A stretch of 22,602 bases of DNA from Candidatus Asgardarchaeum abyssi (GTDB lineage: Archaea > Asgardarchaeota > Asgardarchaeia > Asgardarchaeales > Asgardarchaeaceae). Each line of letters begins with the position of its first letter. Position 1 is the first letter of the stretch. The position numbers were made by a program, and so were the translations under genes. The notes below the pieces were generated by a model that searched no databases, was not told where the DNA came from, and saw only the letters and a list, made by a program, of their open reading frames with translations. This document shows, piece by piece, positions 8,677-16,820 of this stretch. The DNA is taken from the NCBI GenBank assembly GCA_040225955.1, contig JBECUL010000035.1:1-22602 (forward strand), in the 5' to 3' direction.

Positions 8677-9444
8677 TCACTGACTCATAATTTTGTTTAT
8701 TTCTTCACAAATCATTTTCATTGCCTCAGTGGCTTTCTGATTAATAAATACGGTAGCTTTCCGTGTTAGAATAGTATTCGATGTATTTATTTCGATAACC
8801 TTTCCATTATTTCTAAGTACAATAAAAGGAAGTGATGCAGCTGGCTGAACCAATAAACTTGTACCAATAACCAGCATAACATCCGATTTGAATGCGCATT
8901 CAAATGCTCTATCCAAAGCGTCTCTTGGAATAGGCTCGCCAAACCATACAACATCCGGTCTCATAAGCTTTCCACACTCTGGACAAGTCACTGGGACATT
9001 ATTAGGTGGATTATTAAAAGCTATATGAAACCCACAATGTGTACATCTTGCCCTCCATATATTTCCATGTAATTCAATTACATTACTAGAACCTGCTTTG
9101 ATGTGAAGACCATCGACATTTTGAGTAATTAACATCTTTAAAAGTCCAAATTCCTCCAACTTGGCAAGGCATAGATGAGCATCATTAGGCTTAGCTTTAT
9201 GAATTATTTCCATTCTCCATTTATACCACTCCCAAACTAATTTTGGATTTTTCAAAAAAGCTTCTGGTGTTGCTAACTCTTCAGCTCTAAATCTTTTCCA
9301 AAGACCATTTTTTCCTCTGAATGTTGGTATTCCACTCTCGGCCGAAATTCCTGCACCGGTTAGTGCTGTTAAATATTTTGCATTAATTATTAGCTCTACA
9401 GCTCTTTTGATTAAGCTATTCTTCTCTTCCATGGTTAACATCAC
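8677..9444 (-). CDS. cobB: NAD-dependent protein deacylase (Sir2/CobB, class III)
   Basis: GAGISAESGIPTFRG, ITQNVDGLH, ELHGN, Zn ligands CTHC/CPEC, RPDVVWFGE, GTS.LVQPAA, and the YxxR motif (WYKWR) associated with desuccinylase activity. The start could be 9441 or 9432. Confidence 0.95.
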   Translation of the reverse strand: MMLTMEEKNSLIKRAVELIINAKYLTALTGAGISAESGIPTFRGKNGLWKRFRAEELATPEAFLKNPKLVWEWYKWRMEIIHKAKPNDAHLCLAKLEEFGLLKMLITQNVDGLHIKAGSSNVIELHGNIWRARCTHCGFHIAFNNPPNNVPVTCPECGKLMRPDVVWFGEPIPRDALDRAFECAFKSDVMLVIGTSLLVQPAASLPFIVLRNNGKVIEINTSNTILTRKATVFINQKATEAMKMICEEINKIMSQ

Positions 9445-10258
9445 ATCTTTTATACTCCGTATACAGAACCTTTTTTACTTCGCGAACTATTCTTTTTCCA
9501 ATAGTAGGTATTTTCTCCCATGAGTCGATATTGTTTAAAGCATTTATGGGATTCTTGAATTTATTGAGAATCAACCTAGCTCGCTTTATATTGATTAATG
9601 GCAATCCTGCTAAAAAGAATTCCTGTTCATCGTGAGTCTCCATAAGTTTAGGTTTACCACGAATTATAGGCACTGCTGGTTCATTGTTAGAGAAAGAAAT
9701 TGTCTCCTCCTCTGCATTTTCTTTTCCAATAAGAGATTTAAGAATATTTAACAGCACTATTGCCGCATGCCATGAGTCAAAAGTTTCAATGATTGAAATG
9801 CCCATCTTTTTAAACTTCTGTAATAAGCTGTCATAATATTTAGGATTAAATTTAATTTTTCTTTCTATTGTTACGTAGATGTTCTTTCCTTTCTGATATC
9901 GCCTAATAGGCATGTAAATGCATTTATTTAGAGGATCTTTTCTTATTGCGAGGGCATCTTCTATTAAAAGAATAGGCGTCGAATAAGTTTCTATCATACT
10001 TTTAATTTGATTCTCTAAACGTAAAACGCCTGTCATATCTCCCTTCAATGAATTTATAAAATCAGAAAATGTTTTTCTCTCAATAATAACTCCCCGTGGC
10101 ATCACTATATCTCCTATAGGGAGCGTATCAACCCTATATTCTATATTCTCTTTATCTAAGAGGGAAGCAAGAATTTTACTGGCATTATTCCCACTTACTT
10201 TTACTTCATGTGTGTCTATTACTACAACTGGGACTTTTCCATCAAGAGTTGATTGCAT
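9416..10258 (-). CDS. xpf: XPF/Mus81-family (ERCC4) structure-specific endonuclease, short form with (HhH)2
   Basis: VIDTHE, GD...IIERKTFSDF (ERKxxxD), RLENQ and LLIED, plus C-terminal HhH repeats (LPLINIKRA, IPTIGKR). The start is probably ATG10258 (MQSTLDG) with GAGGT upstream. The longer track ORF is antisense to hxlA. Confidence 0.85.
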   Translation of the reverse strand: MQSTLDGKVPVVVIDTHEVKVSGNNASKILASLLDKENIEYRVDTLPIGDIVMPRGVIIERKTFSDFINSLKGDMTGVLRLENQIKSMIETYSTPILLIEDALAIRKDPLNKCIYMPIRRYQKGKNIYVTIERKIKFNPKYYDSLLQKFKKMGISIIETFDSWHAAIVLLNILKSLIGKENAEEETISFSNNEPAVPIIRGKPKLMETHDEQEFFLAGLPLINIKRARLILNKFKNPINALNNIDSWEKIPTIGKRIVREVKKVLYTEYKRCDVNHGREE

Positions 10259-10337
10259 TTCTATAACCTCATTAATAATACTGAGATGAACATATTTATT
10301 AAAGATTAGCGTTTTGATAATTCCTGAGGTGTAATTA

Positions 10338-11006
10338 ATGTTCTCTAGAAAGATGGGACGATTTCCAGTTTTACAAGTTGCTTTAGATTTTATAGAGAAG
10401 GAAGTGGCCCTTAGAGTAGCCGAAGCCTCTGTTCGCGGAGGTGCTGATTGGATAGAAGCTGGGACTCCCTTAATAAAAAGTTTAGGTATTTCAATTGTTA
10501 AAGAACTGAAAGAGACATTTCCTAGTAAAATTATAGTTGCCGATATGAAAACTATGGATACTGGCAAGCTAGAGACGGAATTGGCTATCAAAAATGGGGC
10601 TGATATAGTTTCAATCCTTGGCGTTGCAGATGATAATACAATAAAAGATGCAATTCGTGTGGCTCATGAGAATAATGTTAGAATTATGGCTGACTTAATA
10701 AATTGCAAAAATATTGAGCAACGAGCTGTTGAGATTGAAAATCTTGGAGCTGATTACATTTTAGTGCATACTGGTATCGATCAACAACGACGGGGGCTTT
10801 CTCCATTTGATCAATTAAGAAAAATAAGTAGTCTCATTAAAATACCTATAGCTGTTGCAGGTGGGCTTAATGAAAATACAGTGGGTGAAGCCATAAAGAT
10901 GGGCGCTAAAATAATAATTGTTGGTGGGGCAATTACACGATCAGATAATCCATATATGGCAACTATAAAAATAAAAGAGGCGATAAAAAAAGCAGCGGAG
11001 CTGTAA
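10338..11006 (+). CDS. hxlA: 3-hexulose-6-phosphate synthase (OMPDC/HUMPS family)
   Basis: LQVALD, IEAGTPLIK, ADMKTMDTG, VHTGIDQQ, AVAGG and IVGGAIT. RBS GAGGTG at 10326-10331. Confidence 0.92.
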   Translation: MFSRKMGRFPVLQVALDFIEKEVALRVAEASVRGGADWIEAGTPLIKSLGISIVKELKETFPSKIIVADMKTMDTGKLETELAIKNGADIVSILGVADDNTIKDAIRVAHENNVRIMADLINCKNIEQRAVEIENLGADYILVHTGIDQQRRGLSPFDQLRKISSLIKIPIAVAGGLNENTVGEAIKMGAKIIIVGGAITRSDNPYMATIKIKEAIKKAAEL

Positions 11007-11018
11007 GGCATATTTTAC

Positions 11019-12038
11019 TTATTCCTCAAATTTCCATTCGCCAGTTCTTAAATATTCGTCGATTGCTTTAGCGACGTTAATTCCTCCTTTAACAGCTGGG
11101 CCTATTAACCATGGTCCAGTGACGACATCACCTGCGGCAAATACACCCTCTCTTGTTGTTCTTCCAAGTTTATCTACCTTTATTGTTCCCTTGCTTGTAA
11201 GTTCTATACCATATGTATTCTTGAAAAATGGTGGTGTTGGTTTCTGTCCAATACATATAAAAATCATATCTACGTCCATAGTGTATTCTGAACCTGATAT
11301 GGGTTCTGGTCTAGCTCTTCCGCTTTCATCTGGTTCGCCTAACTTCATTTTAATTAATTCCACTTTCTTAAGTTTCCCATTCTCTCCAATAAACCTAATA
11401 GGGTTTCTCAACCAAAGGAAATTAACACCCTCTTTCTCAGCGGCTTTTAGTTCTGATTCTGGACTCGGTGCTAACTCCCTAGTTCGGCGGTAGATTACAT
11501 AAACTTCAGCACCATCTCTTATGGCTTGACGAGCAACATCTATGGCTGTAGCTCCACATCCAATAACTCCAACTTTCCCTTTAGCAATAATTCTCTCATC
11601 TTGAGAGATATAACCATCTCTCGCTAAACCCTCTTGAACTGCATAATCCAAACCAAAATATATGCCTTCAAGGTCTTCTCCTGGTAATCCCATCTTCTTA
11701 GTACTCCAACATCCAGTTGCGATTAAAACAGCATCATGTTCACTCAAAATTTTTTCGAAAAGACCGTTGTCTACTTCAACTCCTTGGTGAAATATAACTC
11801 CTGCTTCTTCTAACTCCTTTATTCCTTTTCTTATAGGTTCCTTTGGAATACGCCATGCTGGAATACCAAATATAAGTAAACCTCCCGGCTCAGGCATTTT
11901 GTCATATACGTGAATTTCATATCCCTTACAGACTAATATACCTGCAGCAGTGAGGCCAGCGGGTCCAGCACCAATTATTGCAACGCTTTTTCCAACTTTT
12001 GGAGGTATTTGATCGGGTTTACATTTTAGAAACTTCAT
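11019..12038 (-). CDS. GltD-like FAD/NAD(P)H oxidoreductase (short archaeal 'glutamate synthase beta subunit'-like, no N-terminal Fe-S domain)
   Basis: FAD motif IIGAGPAG, PGGLLIFGIP, IATG, a second dinucleotide motif VIGCGATAIDVA followed by YRR, and TTREGVFAAGD. At 339 aa it has no Cys-cluster N-domain. Confidence 0.85.
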   Translation of the reverse strand: MKFLKCKPDQIPPKVGKSVAIIGAGPAGLTAAGILVCKGYEIHVYDKMPEPGGLLIFGIPAWRIPKEPIRKGIKELEEAGVIFHQGVEVDNGLFEKILSEHDAVLIATGCWSTKKMGLPGEDLEGIYFGLDYAVQEGLARDGYISQDERIIAKGKVGVIGCGATAIDVARQAIRDGAEVYVIYRRTRELAPSPESELKAAEKEGVNFLWLRNPIRFIGENGKLKKVELIKMKLGEPDESGRARPEPISGSEYTMDVDMIFICIGQKPTPPFFKNTYGIELTSKGTIKVDKLGRTTREGVFAAGDVVTGPWLIGPAVKGGINVAKAIDEYLRTGEWKFEE

Positions 12039-12246
12039 ATCTCGACCATCCTTTTCACTTTTCGTAGTATGAGCAATATGTATATCAAGCTTGGGTTAAA
12101 AAACCATTTATTAAAATGTTACTTAAAAATAGAATACTTTCTTTTAAAGTGGCTTAATATATTTATCTTTTTCACTCTTTGTTATATTAATCCTTACTTT
12201 ATTAACAAAAAGGTAAAAGTAATTATCTATTAAAAATAGAGACGGC

Positions 12247-13362
12247 TCACATGTAATGACTTATTCCTCTTTCTCTCAACCGATCATCGTAGAATCTCCA
12301 GCTATTTTGACTATCAAGAAGTTTCTTAATAGTCTCCTTTAAAATTTCTGTGGTAAGCTCTTTTTCATTGAGAAGACAGTAACTTACAGCTTGTTTTATG
12401 GAACCCTTAATACTTCTCATAGATAAGTATCTTATTATATCTCTAAGATCAGAAAGCTTAACTTGTATTTTTACATATTTCTTAAATTTACTTAGCATGT
12501 ATTCGGCAAATCTTAACTTTTCAGATAATGATGGTGCTATCATCAACCTTAATGAGAATCTATCTAGTATTGCCTCGTCAAGGTATTCTGGTGGCATGTT
12601 ACTAGTTCCAACAATCACTAATGGCAAAAATGACGCTCTGATTTCATCTAATAGATTAAGAATAGCGCTTCTTATTTCAAAGAATCCACCATATATTGTA
12701 GCATAATAATATCCAGCTGCTAAAATTTCAAAATCATTAAATATGACCATTGTTAAATCGTTTATTTGCTTTAATTCATCCCTGAGTCTCATTATCCTTT
12801 CAGCAGTTTCGCCAGCAAATTTATTTCCTACAATGGTTGGAATATCTATTTCATAGACTTTAAATCCTAGTTCTTTACCTATTGTAACAGTACCTTGGCT
12901 TTTACCATTTCCAGGTGGACCTGCTAGTAAAATTGTATTGTCATAAAGGTCTCTTATTTTCATTTCAAGAGACTTTTTAATCGTTTTTAATGAGTTAATA
13001 AATAACTCTAGTGCACTTTTTGGCCAGAAAAGCTCTTTTGTAGATGGTATTTCTGTAAATCCCTCTTTTAATAGCTGAACTGATTGAACAATTCTAACTT
13101 TTGTGTTTTCGTTAACTGTAACTGCGTTTTCCGGCTCAATTTTTTCAATTTTAAATATGACTCCTACATCTCCAAGATGAGCAGCTTTGATTATACCAGG
13201 TTGTATTCGTCTAAGTTTTTGTAAAGCTCTTGATGCAATAAACGTTATCAATTCTGAGTTTGTTGATTCAAATGTCGGTGAAAGAACCTTAATCCAAATA
13301 CTCTTTGCAGAGATTCTCCTTTTTCTGGTAGCTGTTTTCTTTTGTGTTTCAGTTCTTTTCAT
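12247..13362 (-). CDS. Single-ring AAA+ ATPase-family protein (COG1223/PRS2-like, Cdc48-N-like N-domain), degenerate Walker B
   Basis: Walker A LLAGPPGNGKS, pore-loop region GNKFAGE, Walker B position VIFNDFE, EIRSAILNLLDEI, and SRH GTSN.P..LDEAILDRF. The N-domain motif is FKIEKIEPENAVTVNENTKVRI. The protein ends in HYM. Confidence 0.85.
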   Translation of the reverse strand: MKRTETQKKTATRKRRISAKSIWIKVLSPTFESTNSELITFIASRALQKLRRIQPGIIKAAHLGDVGVIFKIEKIEPENAVTVNENTKVRIVQSVQLLKEGFTEIPSTKELFWPKSALELFINSLKTIKKSLEMKIRDLYDNTILLAGPPGNGKSQGTVTIGKELGFKVYEIDIPTIVGNKFAGETAERIMRLRDELKQINDLTMVIFNDFEILAAGYYYATIYGGFFEIRSAILNLLDEIRASFLPLVIVGTSNMPPEYLDEAILDRFSLRLMIAPSLSEKLRFAEYMLSKFKKYVKIQVKLSDLRDIIRYLSMRSIKGSIKQAVSYCLLNEKELTTEILKETIKKLLDSQNSWRFYDDRLRERGISHYM

Positions 13363-13374
13363 TTTATCACACCC

Positions 13375-14676
13375 CTACAAGCTTCTCACCCTATTTATAA
13401 ATTCTTTGGTATACTTGCTGCCAATATGACTTATTGTGAAGTTTGAATTCTCATTTTTTTCAGCAAGTTCTACAGTTTGATTCACACTGTTGATAAATCT
13501 CTTAAAGTTAATATAATTTATTAATCCAATAGGGCCTATGTAATTTCTTAAATATTTAAGCAAAATGTATTCTGATAAATGTTTTGCTATATTAATATCA
13601 ATAATTATGCTATTACTCATCTCTATTATGTTTTTACTTAATGTTGTACTGAAAATCTCAAGAAAGTCATAAGTTATTATTTCTATTGGAACAAAGGTTT
13701 TAATCGTGAGTGGAGTAGCGCTTATCAAAAATCCAGTATCCATTTCTTTTCCAAAAGTAAAACCATCTAGTATGTCATTTAATAATTGAAAAATCTGAAT
13801 GTTATATTCCATCATCCTTAAATTCTTATAAGTTGACCAAGACCTAAATCTTTCATCCTCTAATACTTTTTGAGTAATGTCGCTGATTACTTTGCTAAGC
13901 TCTGAAAAATCATAATTATCAAACTCAATACCAATTTCTTTTCTTTCACTTCTTGGCATTCTATTTTTAATTTTTAATTTGTCTGTTTCAACATCTTCCA
14001 ATTCAATATACTCATCAGCATCGGCTATATACTCTCTAACACTACTTATATTAACCTTTGGGCTATATACAACTACGTCTTTTACTATATTTCTTTTCTT
14101 TTCTAATCTCTTTATTTTGTTTTTGAGAAACTTAGAGGCATCTTTGTGTAGTCTTATAATTCTTTTAAGTTCCTCAGCATTTTTAAAGAACGGACAATCA
14201 TCGCAGAGACACCCAAATTTCAAGCTTAAGTTTATAGGTCTTATATATAGTGATGGTATCACCAACCAAGTGAGGTATAAAGACTTAAAATAGTCTTTTA
14301 ATCCATCCTCTAATACCTTCTCATCAATAGCTGTTAGAGCTGATATCAAAATTCTACTGGTTTTCTTTATATTTTTAAAGCATAATGTTGTGGGGAATAT
14401 CTCAGATTCATAGATACCTGACTTGAACTCATAAGAAAATCCACTTAGATCTAATGTCAGTGTGAAATCGAGAGTATTATTAAAGGAGAAATCTTTTTTC
14501 AGCTTAATAAAATCTAATTTGTAAAAGTCATCTAAATCAGCAAAATCCGAAATTAAAAAGTTAAAAATTATTCTCCTATCATTATTAGAATTGTCTCCAA
14601 ATAGCAATTTCACTAAGCTATTTATTGATCTACTCCTTATACTTGGTTTAATATTTATCATTATTTCTTTTCTCAT
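13375..14676 (-). CDS. Hypothetical protein, possibly a highly degenerate AAA (COG1223-like) paralogue with CxCxxC and a basic helical segment
   Basis: 433-aa ORF packed 11-12 nt from both neighbours, so the CDS itself is well supported. The family call rests only on by-eye motif remnants (see findings). Confidence 0.7.
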   Translation of the reverse strand: MRKEIMINIKPSIRSRSINSLVKLLFGDNSNNDRRIIFNFLISDFADLDDFYKLDFIKLKKDFSFNNTLDFTLTLDLSGFSYEFKSGIYESEIFPTTLCFKNIKKTSRILISALTAIDEKVLEDGLKDYFKSLYLTWLVIPSLYIRPINLSLKFGCLCDDCPFFKNAEELKRIIRLHKDASKFLKNKIKRLEKKRNIVKDVVVYSPKVNISSVREYIADADEYIELEDVETDKLKIKNRMPRSERKEIGIEFDNYDFSELSKVISDITQKVLEDERFRSWSTYKNLRMMEYNIQIFQLLNDILDGFTFGKEMDTGFLISATPLTIKTFVPIEIITYDFLEIFSTTLSKNIIEMSNSIIIDINIAKHLSEYILLKYLRNYIGPIGLINYINFKRFINSVNQTVELAEKNENSNFTISHIGSKYTKEFINRVRSL

Positions 14677-14687
14677 CTCTTAAACCT

Positions 14688-15908
14688 TTACAATCTCTCT
14701 TTTAGACGCAATTTAGCAATAAAATATCCTGGTGAATCATGAATATGTGGGTAAAATCTTTGCAGGGAATCATATTCTGAGATGATAGGATATCCTTTCT
14801 CACCTATAAATATTGTTTGCTCCTCCAACTTCAACTTGCCGTGTGTAACATTAATAATATACTCAATGTTTTTCTCATTTTCTTCTGGATCAAGTGTACA
14901 TGTTGAATATACTAATACGCCACCATCCTTAAGCAGTTTGACTGCTGATCTTAAAAACTGTCTCTGATAAATAACGCTATTTAGTATGTCCTTTTCTGTT
15001 GTCCCATCAAATAATTTAGGTCTTATGCCAAGAGCCGAACACGGGGGATCAAGTAAAATTTTATCGAATTTCGCTTCTCCAAGTATTTTGTGCATTTTTC
15101 TAGAATCTTCCACGAGAAGCCTTATATTTTTTGTAATACCCAATCTTGTAAGTCTTTCTTTCATTTCATTAATCTTTTTCCTAGAATGGTCAACAGCGGT
15201 TATTGACGCTTGCTGATTGGTAAGCTGAGCAATGTATGATGATTTTCCACCTGGCGCTGCACACATATCAAGAATTTTCTCATTTGGTTTAGGATCCAAT
15301 ATACGAACTGTTAGAGCACTTGGTACTGTCTGCTGATAAATTAACCCCCTTAAATATAATTCTTGGTCTCTAAATTTAGGAATTTCATATAAGCTTTTAA
15401 TAACTTTCACAGCGATTCTATTTTTCTTATGTTTAAGCATTTCATCAGCATCTATCGCTGCCTCCCCTATAGCAACTTTTTGGCCATATTTGTCTACGAT
15501 CTCCACCAAGTCTCCTTTACGAATGTTATTATCCACTTTTTCTACACCAGTAGCATATAAATCCGCCCCTCGCATAACTCCTTCAGCTGCTGTTTTATAA
15601 GCAACTACTCTTTTATCACAGCTAGGTAACTTATTTGGACCCCTTGTTGGTATAAGAATCATTTCTTTAATTATTTCGTGTTGCTTTGCGTCGATACCTC
15701 TTTCTTTGAGGTATTTAATAACTTCTTGACAATCAATCTTTAGTGTATTTACTCTTATTGTATAATATGAGGGTGGCCTTTTGAGTGCAGATAATATATT
15801 AATAGTTTCATGGTAACCAAACCAAAAAATAAGTCTCTTAACTACGGATGAGTTAAATAAGAATTTTTTACTTATCTGATGTATGTATTTGTTTACTGTA
15901 CGCGGCAT
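14688..15908 (-). CDS. NOL1/NOP2/Sun RNA (cytosine-C5)-methyltransferase with PUA domain (NSUN6-like, probable tRNA m5C72)
   Basis: IRVNTLK, a PUA segment (AAEGVMRGADLYATGV...KGDLVEI), DMCAAPGGK, DPPCS and YSTCT (both catalytic Cys), EENE and RFYPH...GYFIAKL. Confidence 0.92.
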   Translation of the reverse strand: MPRTVNKYIHQISKKFLFNSSVVKRLIFWFGYHETINILSALKRPPSYYTIRVNTLKIDCQEVIKYLKERGIDAKQHEIIKEMILIPTRGPNKLPSCDKRVVAYKTAAEGVMRGADLYATGVEKVDNNIRKGDLVEIVDKYGQKVAIGEAAIDADEMLKHKKNRIAVKVIKSLYEIPKFRDQELYLRGLIYQQTVPSALTVRILDPKPNEKILDMCAAPGGKSSYIAQLTNQQASITAVDHSRKKINEMKERLTRLGITKNIRLLVEDSRKMHKILGEAKFDKILLDPPCSALGIRPKLFDGTTEKDILNSVIYQRQFLRSAVKLLKDGGVLVYSTCTLDPEENEKNIEYIINVTHGKLKLEEQTIFIGEKGYPIISEYDSLQRFYPHIHDSPGYFIAKLRLKERL

Positions 15909-16020
15909 TTTTTCTCCTTCTCTTGTAATGTGTTTTGACTTTAAAACAAAATCTAAACCTTTTTAATCTCAAAAGAATTATATTTTTATTTACTAATTAA
16001 TTTTAAAAACTCATAGGTCT

Positions 16021-16800
16021 ATGAAGATGGAGTTAAATGAAGATATAGAACTAATTGACGGTTACCCCTATATCTACATACGGTCAATTAACGCAATAGT
16101 GGGTGCTGACTTTCATCTTGGATATGAAGTAGTATTAGCTGATGAGGAAGGCTATTTCGTGCCACAAGCACAATACAATGAAATAATCTCTGAGTTAGAA
16201 TATATTCTTAAAAAGTATGATATTGACCTCTTTATCATAAACGGGGATCTTAAGCATAAATTTAGTATGAGGACGCGGCAAGAGACACGTGAAGTTTTAT
16301 CCTTTATTGATTTTATTAATAGCTATGTAAAAGAAGGAATTGTTGTTCGGGGAAATCATGATAATTTTGTTAGAGGTTTATTTGATAGATATGAAAATAT
16401 TTCCTTTGTTGAACCATATTATAACCTCGGCAATTATATATTTACTCATGGTCACGTACTTGATTTAGAAATATTGTCTCTTATGGAAAAGAGAATCGTA
16501 ATAATAGGGCATGAACATCCTGCTTTATTATTATATGATGATGTTGGTGGAAAAATTAAAATACCAACCTTCTTATTTGGTAAAACAAAATTTAATACCG
16601 ACATTCTTGTACTACCAGCAGTATCGCCTCTAATGTCAGGAGTCGAGATGAACTTAGTAACACAGCAAGAGTTGCTCTCACCTATACTTCGAGAAACTGT
16701 TGATATTTCCAATTTAGTTCCCTATGCCGTTGTACGAGGAAAAGAAATTCTTGAGTTTCCAAAACTAGGACTTTGGAGCGATGTTCAAAAACTCATATAA
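16021..16800 (+). CDS. Metallophosphoesterase (calcineurin-like, COG1407 / Lhr-associated MPE)
   Basis: All five metal motifs are present: ADFHLGYE, NGDLKH, RGNHD, THGH and GHEHP. It lies 20 nt upstream of lhr. Confidence 0.92.
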   Translation: MKMELNEDIELIDGYPYIYIRSINAIVGADFHLGYEVVLADEEGYFVPQAQYNEIISELEYILKKYDIDLFIINGDLKHKFSMRTRQETREVLSFIDFINSYVKEGIVVRGNHDNFVRGLFDRYENISFVEPYYNLGNYIFTHGHVLDLEILSLMEKRIVIIGHEHPALLLYDDVGGKIKIPTFLFGKTKFNTDILVLPAVSPLMSGVEMNLVTQQELLSPILRETVDISNLVPYAVVRGKEILEFPKLGLWSDVQKLI

Positions 16801-16820
16801 TACTCCGTTAGGGTGATATT

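Noticed and set aside
10259-10591. 111-aa N-terminal extension of the XPF ORF in the track (9416..10591)
   Set aside because: It runs antisense through hxlA and has shadow-ORF composition. ATG10258 has an RBS and starts right at the ERCC4 domain.
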